From: Octopus bimaculoides
Taxonomy: Eukaryota
Assembly: GCF_001194135.2 (NCBI RefSeq)
Contig: NC_069002.1
Location: 4,874,065 to 4,938,064, forward strand
Reading direction: 5' to 3'
Length of the DNA stretch: 64,000 nucleotides
Made by a program: the position numbers and the translations under genes. Under the pieces are notes generated by a model, which was not told where the DNA came from, did no database searches, and saw nothing but the letters and a program-made list of their open reading frames with translations. Positions 50,331 through 62,550 of the stretch are shown here, in pieces (the first letter of the stretch is position 1; each line of letters opens with the position of its first letter).

Positions 50331-50790
50331 TGTAAACTACATCATTGGATGTTGTGTCATAAACTACAGGTACTGGTGCACTATTGTACAAATGTATAAA
50401 CAGTTGTGTGTTTATATACACACACACACTTGTATAGTAGTATATAGACAGCAGTATAGTATATACATCAATATAGCGAGAAGAGGACTATTCATAGAAA
50501 TTGATTTGTTTCCTCTTCTCTGTTTCTGGATGCAGCTAATTAAGTGTTATTTAATGAAATTACGGTGATAATCTTATTGTACAGTGGAGTAGAGTACTGT
50601 GTGTGTTTAAGCTGACCTCTCCTGGGATAATTGTAGACAGGTCAATAGAGTTAGGTGTCAGTTGATCTGCATAATGGAATATTCCCCTTACTGCTAACTA
50701 GTCTGATTGTAAGATGGAGATTCTCTGAAGTATAAAGTTGGTAAAAGCTCTAACTAATATATATATATATGCATGTGAGGGTGGAGGTGC

Positions 50791-50863
<73 letters not shown>

Positions 50864-51904
50864 GTAAATCTCATCAATATTCAGACGAGGCTGCCATCGT
50901 CAACTGAATAAGTGCTTGATGATGGCTTTTAGCATTCCTATAGTAGCCATTAATTTTACATGTTACTTAACTATTTTTACACACACACACACACAAATGC
51001 ATATGGGCATATCAACACATTCTCTTTTCATCCTGTCTGTTGTCCTTCACTCTTTCTCTCTCTCTCTTCACCTTCCAACTGAAAACAACACTAAATTGTA
51101 TAACCGCCTTATTCACTTTAATGCTGTTTATTATTATTATTATTATTATTATTATATTTTCACAAGTGCCATAGTTTCTTTGCACAGAGTAATATTTCAT
51201 TTGCACTCTTGCACTCACTTATCCGACTGTCTACTCTGTTTGGCCTGACCTAAGTGCACACAACCACAAGTATTACAACAGCAGCATCAACATGTTATGG
51301 CTGTACTTGGGAATATTTTATAATCTAAACGAAACTGTTAAATGGCTGTGTGGTCAAGAAGCTCAGTTTTCAGCCACATGGTTTTGGGTTCAGTCCCACT
51401 GTGCAGCACCTTGAGCAAGAAAAGTACCAGTTGCGTACTGGGGTCGATCTAATCAGCTGGTCTCCTCCCCCAAAATTTTGGGTCTTGTGCCTAGAGAAGA
51501 AAAGACTATCTCATTTGATGATGGTGTATAGGTATTAAATGTCTTTTATGTTAATTATCAGACAGGTACTGGTTGTAATAAAGTGTAAGCTTGGCTGTGT
51601 AGTTATGAAGTCTACTTAGCAATCGCATGGTTTCAGGTTCAATTTCACTGCATGACATCTTGGGCAAGTGTATTTTTCTATGTCCTCAGATTGACCAATG
51701 CCTTGTGAGTGAAATTGGCAGGTGGAAATTGTACTGATACCTGTCGTGTGTGTGTGTTAATTTTGATTCCATGTGTCTGCGTTATTAACATTGATGAGCG
51801 AAAAACATTGATTACATTCAGCAGTAAACAGACATCTTGTTGCTATGTGTAGACCAATGGATTGAAAAGTTACCTCACTAGCCTTAGGTCTAAATTAGAA
51901 ACAA

Positions 51905-52520
51905 TCATTAGGCATGCCAGGCAAAATGCTTTGCAGCATTTTGTCCATTTTTGTGCTCTTGCTCAAAGGCCACTGGGGTTGACTTTCCTTTCATCCTTTT
52001 GGGGTCGATAAATTAAGTACCAGCAAAACACTGGGGTCAATGTAATCGACTTTTCCTCTCCCCCGAAAATGCTACCCTTGTGGCAAAATTTGAAACCATC
52101 ATCATCATTATTATTATTATTATTATTTAAGGCAGTGAGCTGGTAGAGCTGTTAGAATGTAGTGGCAGACGAAATATCGCTAAGCATTTCGCCCAGCTTG
52201 CTGAGTTCAAACTCCACAAAGGTCAACTTTGCCTTTCATCCTTTTGGGGGTTGACAAAATAATTAACATAGGAGCACTGGGGTTGACATAATCAACTCTC
52301 CCTTGTGCACAAAATTTCAGACCTTGTGCCTTGAGTAGAAAGTATTATTATTGAAAGGCGGTGGGTGGCAAAAGTAATAAAGCATTGAACAAAATAATTT
52401 GTAGTATTTGGTTATGTCCTAAGTTCAAACCCTGCTGAGCCAACTTTGTCTTCCTCTTCAGGGTTGATAAATCAAATGCTGGAGTTGGTTAAATTTCTAC
52501 ACTGTTCCCCCTCAGTTAGA
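51905..52520 (+). mobile_element. Three head-to-tail SINE family B copies
   Basis: Heads at about 51910, 52130 and 52355, each starting in the (ATT)n tail of the previous copy. Confidence 0.8.
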
Positions 52521-53205
52521 AAGTATTAATATTATTAATGGATACTATAATGATAAAACTGCTCTGGCAATAGCATCTGTTAACTCTCTTCTACAACTGG
52601 ACCTTCATTAAGCTGAACTTCTAGGTCTTGGTGGGATTGAAAAAAAAAACAATTTTGTTAATGCTTAATACTAGAACATAGCCACTTTGTGAGTGAGTGA
52701 GAGCTATCAACTGTCTCGATTAACTTGGAGTGCTAATACCGAAATGTGTTTGTGTGCATTGATCCCCGGACTTTCCACTGTCATGTAGATAGATTCTAGA
52801 TCCAGGATGACTGTTGATATCTTCTCCAGCCTAATTCTGCAGAAGGAACGGATGGCAAAGGAGGAGAAGTGATCACTAACACAGATGAGTAGTTGCCATT
52901 CTTGTAAGTTGGCACTATATATTTAGCAGACCCCACACATAACTATACACAGTTCACTCACTGAAAAGACTCTCTCCCTGTTCTGTGCATGCGCTTAGCT
53001 GTGATGTAGTATCATGTTTCTTAGACATGCCTCATATAGCTTTGTTGTACAGAGACCAAGAGAAATAGTCACTTGATTGTCAACATGGCACTAGATATCC
53101 CCCCTCTGCCTCTCCCCCTCCCTCTTGTGCTACTTGCTGTCTTCTCAGCTCTACACTCAACGAATTCCTTCTACCTGCTTTCTCTTTGTTTTTCTCTGCG
53201 ATCTG

Positions 53206-53252
<47 letters not shown>

Positions 53253-54436
53253 CCCCACTTCTGTGTATGTCTTCAATTATCTTTGTGTCTGTCTGTACCA
53301 AGAGACTAACCCTTCTCTCGTCGGTCATTATTCTCTAACTTTATATAATAAATTCTGAAGCAACCATTGTCTGTCCTAAGCAAATTAATTACTCAATCCT
53401 TGGTAAAGTATTCACACTGAAATGTGCAAATAAGTAAAGCATGCTGGCTGTTTGAGTAAGGAGGGACCACTAGAAATAACAACTAAACCTCCTCTAAATT
53501 TCATCCTACCATATTAAAATAGCACATATTAACTCTTTAGCATTCATATTACTCTGTCAAATGTAATGCTTATTTATTCATGTTTTGAATTAACCATACG
53601 TTATCCGCATAGCTTTGAGATTTCAACAATGTGGCTTTTTTAGAATGACATTGCAAGTAAAGTGTGAGAGGCTGGATCTGGCCAATTTGAACATAAAACA
53701 ATTGAAATCCTAGATATCCCTAAAAAGACAAGATAAACAAGGCTCAAGTGTGTCTACAAATTTTGACTTGGTGGGGAGGAGTTTAAACAATTTTGAATCT
53801 ATGAAACTGTATGCACTCTTATGGTTAAGACAGTCGTCTGACCCATTTCAGTTTCAACACCACAAATGCATCAGTTAGATGGAGGAGGTGGTTGAGATGG
53901 TCTCACCACATTACTGTATTAATCATGCATTATCTCGTAGCTTTGAGATTTCTATGATGTGATCATTTGTTTTTAGAATGACATTGTAAGGTAACATCAA
54001 ATGGGTTCCGGTAAGGACTGTTGTAGCAGAAGTGGAATAAAATATACATTGGTTGAGTTTTTTTTTTTTGTTCCTTGAGGGAGAATTGATTGTTATGCCT
54101 AGCAGGTTGAACAACCATCCAGAGGCTCTGTTGTTGGCTTGTGACCATTGGTTGTTGAGTCTTAGGTGCACATTCCCTAAATTCCAGTAATGTTCAAGCA
54201 TTGTGTTTCTGTTTTGTATTTCTTCCTTCCAAGATGGCATTTACTTGCTCTAATAATCTCCGCTCTGCACTATATGCTGGCTGTCAAGTTTCTTGCCCCC
54301 TTCTCAAATTGTACCCCTCTTCCTGCTCACCCTTGTCTAGGAGTGGTTGGTTAGCAGCAACCACTTTACATACTTAGAAGAGAGGGGAAAAAAAAAACCC
54401 TGTTCTGAATCATTAGGCATCTTTCTCCTGTTCTGT

Positions 54437-54846
54437 GATGTAAGCTGAGGATTGTGATACGACAAGGTGGAAGGTGGTTGTGAGAGAGAGAGAGAGTGAA
54501 AGAGAGAAGAGAGAGAGTGAAAGAGAGAAGAGAGAAACAATTGAAGCAAAAATATATGTAATATGTGATGTGAACTGAAGATCGGTGTATGACAAGTTGG
54601 TGGATGGTGTGTATGTGTGTGTGAAACAATTGAAGTAAGGGTATATAGTGTATGATGTAAACTGAAGACTGGTGCTTGACAGGGTGTAGATGGTGTGTGT
54701 GTGTGAAACAATTAAAGCAAGGGTTTATATGTGACGTAAACTGAAGTCTGGTTTATGACAACGTAGTGGATTGCATATGTGCGTATATATGTGAATCTGT
54801 TGAAGCAATTGTGTATTGTATTTATACAATACAATTAAAAGATGGG

Positions 54847-54881
<35 letters not shown>

Positions 54882-54960
54882 CTTTTTTGATGAAAACTGA
54901 GGACTGATATATGACAAGGTGAATAGTTTGTGTGTGTATGAAATAATTAAATAATTAATG
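54437..54960. repeat. Degenerate minisatellite, about 5 units of roughly 80-110 bp
   Basis: GATGT(A/G)AACTGAAGA..GGT..TGACA.G..GG..GG(TG)nAAACAATT.AAGCAA is iterated. Confidence 0.7.
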
Positions 54961-55979
54961 TAAGGGTGGTAATTATAACATCAACAACAAACGATGGCAG
55001 GATACTGATTAAAGAATGAATGTTTAGGAAGTGAACAGTGTGACATCTCTGGGATTACGTTGACATTGTGACTCATAGCTATGGGCATATTGGTAATCTA
55101 TATTTGAACTTGAGGTATAATTAGTTATAATATTATTAGCATCGTTTGTGTGTGTGTGTGTGTAGATAAGCATGGCAGTTAAAGAAAGTGATGATTCTCT
55201 CTATCTATTTATCTATCCACACACACACACACACACATATATCACTTATTTTTTTACTGTTTCCAATCTTTGGGCTATGGTTCTGCTGGAGCACCACGTT
55301 GAAAAGTTTTAGTCAAATAGACAAATATATATCCCCTGCTACTTAATTTACCAGCCACTTTTCTTGAACTGCTAAGTTAAGATTTAAACAAACCAGTACC
55401 ATTTGTCAAGTGGTTACACACACACACACACACATGCACGCATGCGTACAGTGGGCTTCCACACAGTTGCTGTCTACCAGATTCACTGTATGACTGAATC
55501 TGAAGCTGTCTGGTTGCAAAGCGAGCTTCTTAACTATGCAGGCATGCACGTGCATATACAGACAGTATGTGTACAGTATCTTAATTATGTCTATGGCATA
55601 TACTGAACTGGACTTTTCGTGCAAGCTCCTTTAGCTACCCCTTATGATATGCAGTGACATTGTGTGTCTTTTCTGATATCCAGCCTACAACAGTATTAGA
55701 ATAAATATAATTAAAGAATAATCATTAAAGTAAGGAAGGAGAAATTATTATAATTATCAAAATATATAATTCAGTTTTGTCTGTGCAACAAACATTTAAC
55801 ATTTATAATTTGTACTCTTTCACTTGTTCCACAACTTATTCCAGTCTTGTACTTTTTTTTATCTATCCCTATTGACTGGTTACCTTTTGATATAAAAAGA
55901 TGCAACCCAATGCACCATTGTATATCAGTGTATATACATTTGTCCATCGGAGCAATGAGGACCATCCAGTCAGCTTTAA

Positions 55980-56192
55980 CCCCTTAGCATTCAGATTCCT
56001 CTGTCAAATATAATGCTTATTTACTCTCATTGCATTGAATTAACCCTGCATTATCTGATAGCTTTGAGATTTTGAAGATGTGATTTATTTTTAGAATGAC
56101 ATTGTAAGGTGTGTGTGAGGCTGGATCTGGCCAGTTTGAATGTAAACTGGAAGAATATTTGGGCCTGATATGCTAGTTTCAATGCTAAAGGT
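55980..56192 (+). mobile_element. piggyBac-like MITE family D, full length
   Basis: TTAA|CCCCTTAGCATT...AATGCTAAAGGT|TTAA, with a body colinear with 44856-45071. Confidence 0.8.
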
Positions 56193-58139
56193 TTAAGGAT
56201 GACTGATGGCTTGCACAGGGGCTTTGTTTAAAGTGAAGAAGGGTTGTGTACTGTTAACCCTCACGCTTTCGTCTGTGACCATCTTCAATCCAATGCCAAG
56301 ACTAGGTCAGGCAACTAGGGATGGAAGTAGATGACCAAAATGCTTTAATTACCTTGTCTTGCTCTCTGCACTCCGCACTACAGAACTGCAGCTGCCTTCC
56401 CCTCCATTGAACCATGACAATCTCTTCCACAGAGTCTGCCAGATCCAGTCTTCCCATGCATAGGCAGGCAAGCCTTAAAATGCTAATTAGCTGAGATCCC
56501 GACAGCTGTTACTTCTCTAGCTCACATGCACACACTTTCTCACACATTTTATGGGCTTCTGCATATTTTCCATCTACCAAATTCCACTTAGAGGTGTTAG
56601 GTCAATCAAGGGCTACATCCTTCTGGGGTCAATAAAATAAGTACCATTGGGATCGATGTAATTGGCTTATGCCCTCTCCTGAAATAACTGGTCTTGTTCC
56701 AAAATTTGAAACAAATACATTTTGGAATGGATATAAGTTAATGATGGAAGCATGACACGAGTCTCATGTATTAATCCAGGCATGAGCAACATTCTTTGAG
56801 AAGTGTGCCACATGAAACAAGGCTGAAGGTAATTCTTCATTAGGCATGCATTCACAGAGTCTTGAGTCGCAGTTTGCCCATGACTGTATTAGTCCCCATG
56901 TGTATAGAAAATGTGCGATTGATATTTGCTGAAATTAGTCATATAGCAAGATCACTCTATCCCTAACCGCATTTTCCGTTGACCTGAAATGCAGTGACCT
57001 GTCTGCTCGGTCAAATAAAACCAATAACTATGAGAATATATTGGAGGCAATGTAAAACGTGCAGTAATTAATGTAATGCTTCTCTGTAAACAAATGATTT
57101 TTAGCTAATCCTGTAAGAAGAGTTAAATATGTACAGGCTACTTTCACTTTCATACATCAAGACATCATGATAAATATATTTAAGCTAAGCTGTAAAAACC
57201 AAAAGGAAATAACTATAATATAACAAAAAATCCCCCTTTTTTATGTGTATTATGGCTTTACTACACATGTATTAGGAAATTACAGTGGATATCATGATTG
57301 TTGTGTGCATGTGCATCTATGTAACATCTGTTCTTGTTGCCTTGTGATTGATGGATTCAGCTGTTTCAATAAGAGAAAAATCAACATTTATACAAACTCG
57401 GATGATATATATGAAAGATGCTTTCTCTGGTTTTGTTTTTATGCTGTAACATCAGCTTCAAATACGTTATTAAAACGTCCTGTTATCTCTTAATGGTGTC
57501 TTACTCTCTCACCTTCCCTCTCACTCTGTATGTGTTTTTTTCTTTTCTTTTCTTTTTTTTTGTTTTGCTGATTAACTGTTCAACAATAGATGTTGTTAAC
57601 TTCAGTCAAGCTGTCTATTAAATCTGTTGACAGAATTATTATACTCCATGTCTGAAATGCATAATCTTAGCTGTCATATGACTACACTACTGCTGATAGA
57701 GGATCTCTGTGATTGTCTGGTGACACTAATTTTTAGAGACTCTGGCTGTTGATCATAAGACATTTAAATAAAAACGACTTCTCGTCAAGTGTTTGACTAC
57801 TTCATCCTTTCATAATTATATTCCTAATGAGATGATATTGCCTATGTGTTCTAGTTCGACACAGCCAAAAGTTTTGTAGGGCTTTAGTGAAATATTTGTA
57901 ACCCCTCCTCTCTCTCTCGTGCGTGTGTATGTGTGTGTGTTGATGTTTAGCCACAGGTCAGATTGATAGGCCAGACCTATGGTCAGGCATTCCAGCTGTG
58001 ACCATCTTGTCTTTTTAGGAGGAATATAGAACTGGATCATCTAACGAGATTGTTCTTAAAATAGAACGTGATTTGCGGTGGGATTTGATTGTCTTTTCTG
58101 CCATGTCAAACAGCCACCTGGCGGCTCTCTTGGTTGGCT

Positions 58140-58187
<48 letters not shown>

Positions 58188-58851
58188 NNNNNNNNNNNNN
58201 NNNNNNNNNNNNNNNNNNNNNNNNNNNNNNNNNNNNNNNNNNNNNNNNNNNNNNNNNNNNNNNNNNNNNNNNNNNNNNNNNNNNNNNNNNNNNNNNNNNN
58301 NNNNNNNNNNNNNNNNNNNNNNNNNNNNNNNNNNNNNNNNNNNNNNNNNNNNNNNNNNNNNNNNNNNNNNNNNNNNNNNNNNNNNNNNNNNNNNNNNNNN
58401 NNNNNNNNNNNNNNNNNNNNNNNNNNNNNNNNNNNNNNNNNNNNGAATTTGGATAACTCAGTTAAAGGATTATTGTATTGAATGTTACACACAAGCAAAC
58501 AACTGATAAGTGAAAAGGCAGTTATAACCTAGTTGCAAAAGGCTCTTAATGTTGAGGTATTTGTTTTTAGATAGGTCTGTTCTGTTTTCTTAGGGCCAAC
58601 CCGGGTCTAGATAAGAATGACATTAACAATAAGATAAAGAAGAAGGAACTAGAAAACAATAGATGGGGGGGGGGGAACTGGCCAGCAGATTAGAAAAGAT
58701 AATTAGGAAGGGCATTGTGATGAATGTGCTTGGCATGTGTCCATTTCTTCTTGTAAAAGACAAAAAACAAACGAAAGACAAGACAAACAAACAAAGGTTG
58801 TACTGTCAGAGCTATGGTACATGCTGTTAATCATAGGAGGAGCATGAAAGC

Positions 58852-58888
58852 TATTTGATGGGTCTGAGTGGGTCAGACCCATCAAATA
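58852..58888. other. Perfect 16-bp inverted repeat with 5-nt loop
   Basis: TATTTGATGGGTCTGA-GTGGG-TCAGACCCATCAAATA. Confidence 0.95.
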
Positions 58889-58959
58889 CAGCATGGGTAA
58901 CAAAGCTACAATGAGGCCTTTGATGAATTATAAGAGGTTTGTGCTATTTAATTCCAAGA

Positions 58960-59215
58960 AGATGAGTATGGTTTTCCTCCAGCACTTTGCCCAGTTGGAG
59001 AGCTAACAACAGAGTTGTTGTTGAAGTTCTTTTGTGGGAGCCTGCACAAGGAGGGGCTAGCAGATGATGACAAACTAAGACCTATATCAAGCAGATTAGT
59101 GATGACAATATATATTCAGCAGGTCAGAGGGGTTGCAATTTGATGGAACGAATTGGATGGTGACTGGATGTCACTGGAACTGTACCAGTAGTGCAACCGG
59201 ATGATGATGATGATA
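58960..59215 (+). mobile_element. RTE-type LINE 3' end with (GAT)n tail
   Basis: Decayed VVEVLLWEPAQGGASR...KTYIKQI peptide resembling RTE C-termini (LLWEP..G...GRP.KT), ending in GATGATGATGAT. Confidence 0.55.
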
Positions 59216-59393
59216 ACGAGAAGTAATTGACACACTGGACCAGCCACAGCTGGGACACCTTTGATTATAGGTATTCTCAGTCAGCCCATTAAAGTTACAC
59301 AACTAGTATGTTTTATTATTGATGATGATGATAATAGTGATGATGATGATGATGATAACAATAATAATAATCTCTTTTTCTTTCTTTTTGCAG

Positions 59394-59491
59394 CCGACAT
59401 TATTTCATGTGTAGAGTTTAATAGTGATGGAGAACTATTAGCCACCGGTGACAAAGGTGGACGTGTTGTCATTTTCCAACATGACAAATCT
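59394..59491 (+). CDS. PPP2R2: PP2A B55 regulatory subunit, coding exon 3 ((A)[32 protein letters not shown]), first WD40 repeat
   Basis: Acceptor TTTCTTTTTGCAG|, donor TCT|GTAAGT, 98 nt, phase 1-0. It carries the hallmark B55 sequence [26 protein letters not shown] and is in frame with exon 2. Confidence 0.97.
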
Positions 59492-60474
59492 GTAAGTACT
59501 TGTTCTGTTTTCTTTTCAGTCATTTTATTTTGTGTGTCATTTTTTTTTTTCTACATTTGTATTTAATTGTACTTGTAGCTGCTAGCTAATTAAGCATGAT
59601 GCTCATAATTTAATGTTTTTTGATATTCTTGCATTATTTTTTAACGACATTTTAGATTTTCATAGGGATTGTTTTAAGGTTAGCTAATCGAAGAATAGGT
59701 GTCAGAGCTATGCATATCTGCTCAGACGGTTCTGACTGGTTCCAAATGAATTTCTGAAAAGCATCAGGGTAGACATGGAGTAACTGCATCCAGATTGTAT
59801 CTAGATAGGGTATTTTTTAGGTTAGCGGATAGAGATTGTGTAGGTGTCCACTGTCTTGACCAGCTTTCTATATGGACTACAAATCTGTAACTACACAATG
59901 TGACTTTGAACGAACACAAGTAGGGACTGGATTATTGGAAAAGCTGGATGTTTTCTCCAGCATGCAAAACCTACAGGGACTTTGTCCATCAACTGATGTC
60001 TAATTTGCTAACAGTCATCAACAGATTAGTAGACCCCCCCCCTTCTGTGTCACTGCTGCAGAAACTAGAAACTGTAAGGGGCACTCTTTTAGAATTGGGA
60101 TGTGGATTTGTGGATGATATCTACCATAGTGGTGTTGGACACCATTATAATTGAAGTAACCAGCATCATTGTAAATGAATGCTAAATGGCAACAAATGTA
60201 AAGATTAGCCTGGGACAGTTGATGGGCTTGCAGTTTAGCATCTGAACACCTGAGTTTATGCTGCCAGCTAGTGCATGATTAATTGCAAACAATGTGAATA
60301 AATAAGTATTACATTTCACAGAGTAATCTGAATACTAGTGGGTTAAACCATAATTGACTGTTTCTAGTTTCGTTTGGTGGGGAAGGTGAGGGCAAGAACG
60401 GGGTGAGTTTGGTCCTCTTAATCTCAGCAGAGAATGACCTCTGAGAGAAACCACATAACCTGAGAAGTCAGAAT

Positions 60475-60905
60475 AATCTTGAATTTGTGGGGAGGGTGTA
60501 AATCAGTTATATCGACACCCCACCACCCATACCCAACTGGTACTTATTTTATCAACCCCGACAGGGTGAAGGGCAAAAATCGAACCTTGAATGTTGGAAG
60601 AAATGCTGTGAAGTGTTTCTTCTGGTGCAGTAACAAACCATTCTGCCAGCTCTATGACTTAACAACAATAACCCTTTCTTCTATAGGAACAAGGCCTGGC
60701 ATTTTAGGGTTGGGGGGGCTAACCGGTAACATCGACCCCCCCCCCCCCGTGTTCATCTGATATTTATTCCATCACTCCTGGAAGGATAGAAGGCAAAGCT
60801 GACCATGGCAGAATTTGAACCCAGAATATAAAGCTAGAAGAAACATTACTAAGCATTTTGTCTGGCATGGTAGCGATTCTACCAGCTCCCGCCTTAATAA
60901 TAGTA
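60475..60905 (-). mobile_element. Two head-to-tail SINE family B copies, reverse orientation
   Basis: ATCGACACCCCC...GGTACTTATTTTATCAACCCC, and AAGGCAAAGCTGACCATGGCAGAATTTGAACCC...CCAGCTCCCGCCTT. Confidence 0.75.
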
Positions 60906-61879
60906 ATAATAATGATGTGATAAGAGTCGTAGTAATAATGGTAATAATAATAATAATGATGTGATGATAATAACAGTAATAATAATGACCTCTCTCTCTT
61001 AATCTTACTTCTCTTCTGGTTGATATGGTGTTGGCCATTTCGGCCAAGTACCATTCTAGAAATTGATATTGCACCACACATTTTGTCCACCATCGGTTTG
61101 TTCTGTGCTTCATTTCCTGCACAATTCAAAACACATTTCATGTAATTTATAGCTAAACAAACTTAATTTGTCTATTGACCAATGTGGAGAGTGCCAGGGG
61201 GCAGTGAGGAAAACAAGGAAAGAAAGAAAGAAAGAAAAGAATATGAGTGCTCTGTGACATACATTTTCTTCTGCTTTCCCTTCTTCTTGGCAGTGATTTT
61301 GAAGATCTTCTTAGGTATTGCCTAGTTCTTTTGTTTAATTGTCATGTTGTTATTGAAGAAAGTAGTTAGTCATTAATTAACCTGGAGAACATTATTATTA
61401 ATTTGTTTTATGCTATTTTAATTCCTGGATTTATTTTTAATTCATGGGCAACTGTGCAAAATATTTGTTTAACCTAAAATAGGAATATGTAGGTTTAAAA
61501 TGAAATTTAGTGGTTGGTTTTTGAAATAGGATTTGGTGGGTCTTAAATAGAATTTAGTTGTTTTAAAATGGAATTTGCCTTGTCTAATATCGGATTTGAT
61601 AGATCTAAATAAAATAAGGCTCTCAGTTTGTGTTTGATCACTGATAAAGACAATGGTCTTAATTTGAGCTGACCCCTGACACAAAGGTCCTGTTTCCTTG
61701 TGCCTCTACTTATTTCACTGACCGTCAGTTGATTAGGCATCCTCCTACAGGTCTTTTATTTATTTTTAATTTTTTTTTTTTACTTGTTTTTGTCATTAAA
61801 CTGCAGCCATACTGGAGTACTGCCTTTATTATAAAACATTCATATATATATGTATGGATGTGCATATATATATATATAT

Positions 61880-62550
61880 ATAGGAAAATGAAAAATAATA
61901 ATAAGGCAGAATGCTAAACTAGAAGCATATTTTAATAAAGATTTCTAACCGGCTTTCATTGCATAGCAAATTTTCAAGAAGAGGGAGAATGAAAATGTTT
62001 TTTTCAAAGAAGTACAAAATGAAGAAAATAATATATAAAAAAAATAATATATAAAAAAATAAACATACCAATACCTTATATTTTCTTTGAGCTTTTAAAG
62101 TTCAATGGTAATTCATGTAGATAATGGTTGGAAAAATAAGGATGCATGAGAATGGAGAGTTGTGTTAGGTTTGAGAAAAGTGGCTAAANNNNNNNNNNNN
62201 NNNNNNNNNNNNNNNNNNNNNNNNNNNNNNNNNNNNNNNNNNNNNNNNNNNNNNNNNNNNNNNNNNNNNNNNNNNNNNNNNNNNNNNNNNNNNNNNNNNN
62301 NNNNNNNNNNNNNNNNNNNNNNNNNNNNNNNNNNNNNNNNNNNNNNNNNNNNNNNNNNNNNNNNNNNNNNNNNNNNNNNNNTTTATTTTTTTATATATTA
62401 TTTTCTTCATTTTGTACTTCTTTGAAAAAAACATTTTCATTCTCCCTCTTCTTGAAAATTTGCTATGCAATGTGAAAGCCGGTTAGAAATCTTTATTAAA
62501 ATATGCTTCCAGTTTAGCATCTGCCTTATTATTATTTTTCATTTTCCTAT
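61880..62550. repeat. Inverted repeat of about 170 bp per arm flanking an assembly gap
   Basis: 61880-62045 is the near-exact reverse complement of 62382-62550, with three small differences noted. Confidence 0.9.

Noticed and set aside
59261-59393. Acidic N-terminal extension (DDDD/NNNN) of the ORF containing exon 3
   Set aside because: It starts at TTG, is a microsatellite plus pyrimidine tract, and lies upstream of a clear acceptor at 59393.
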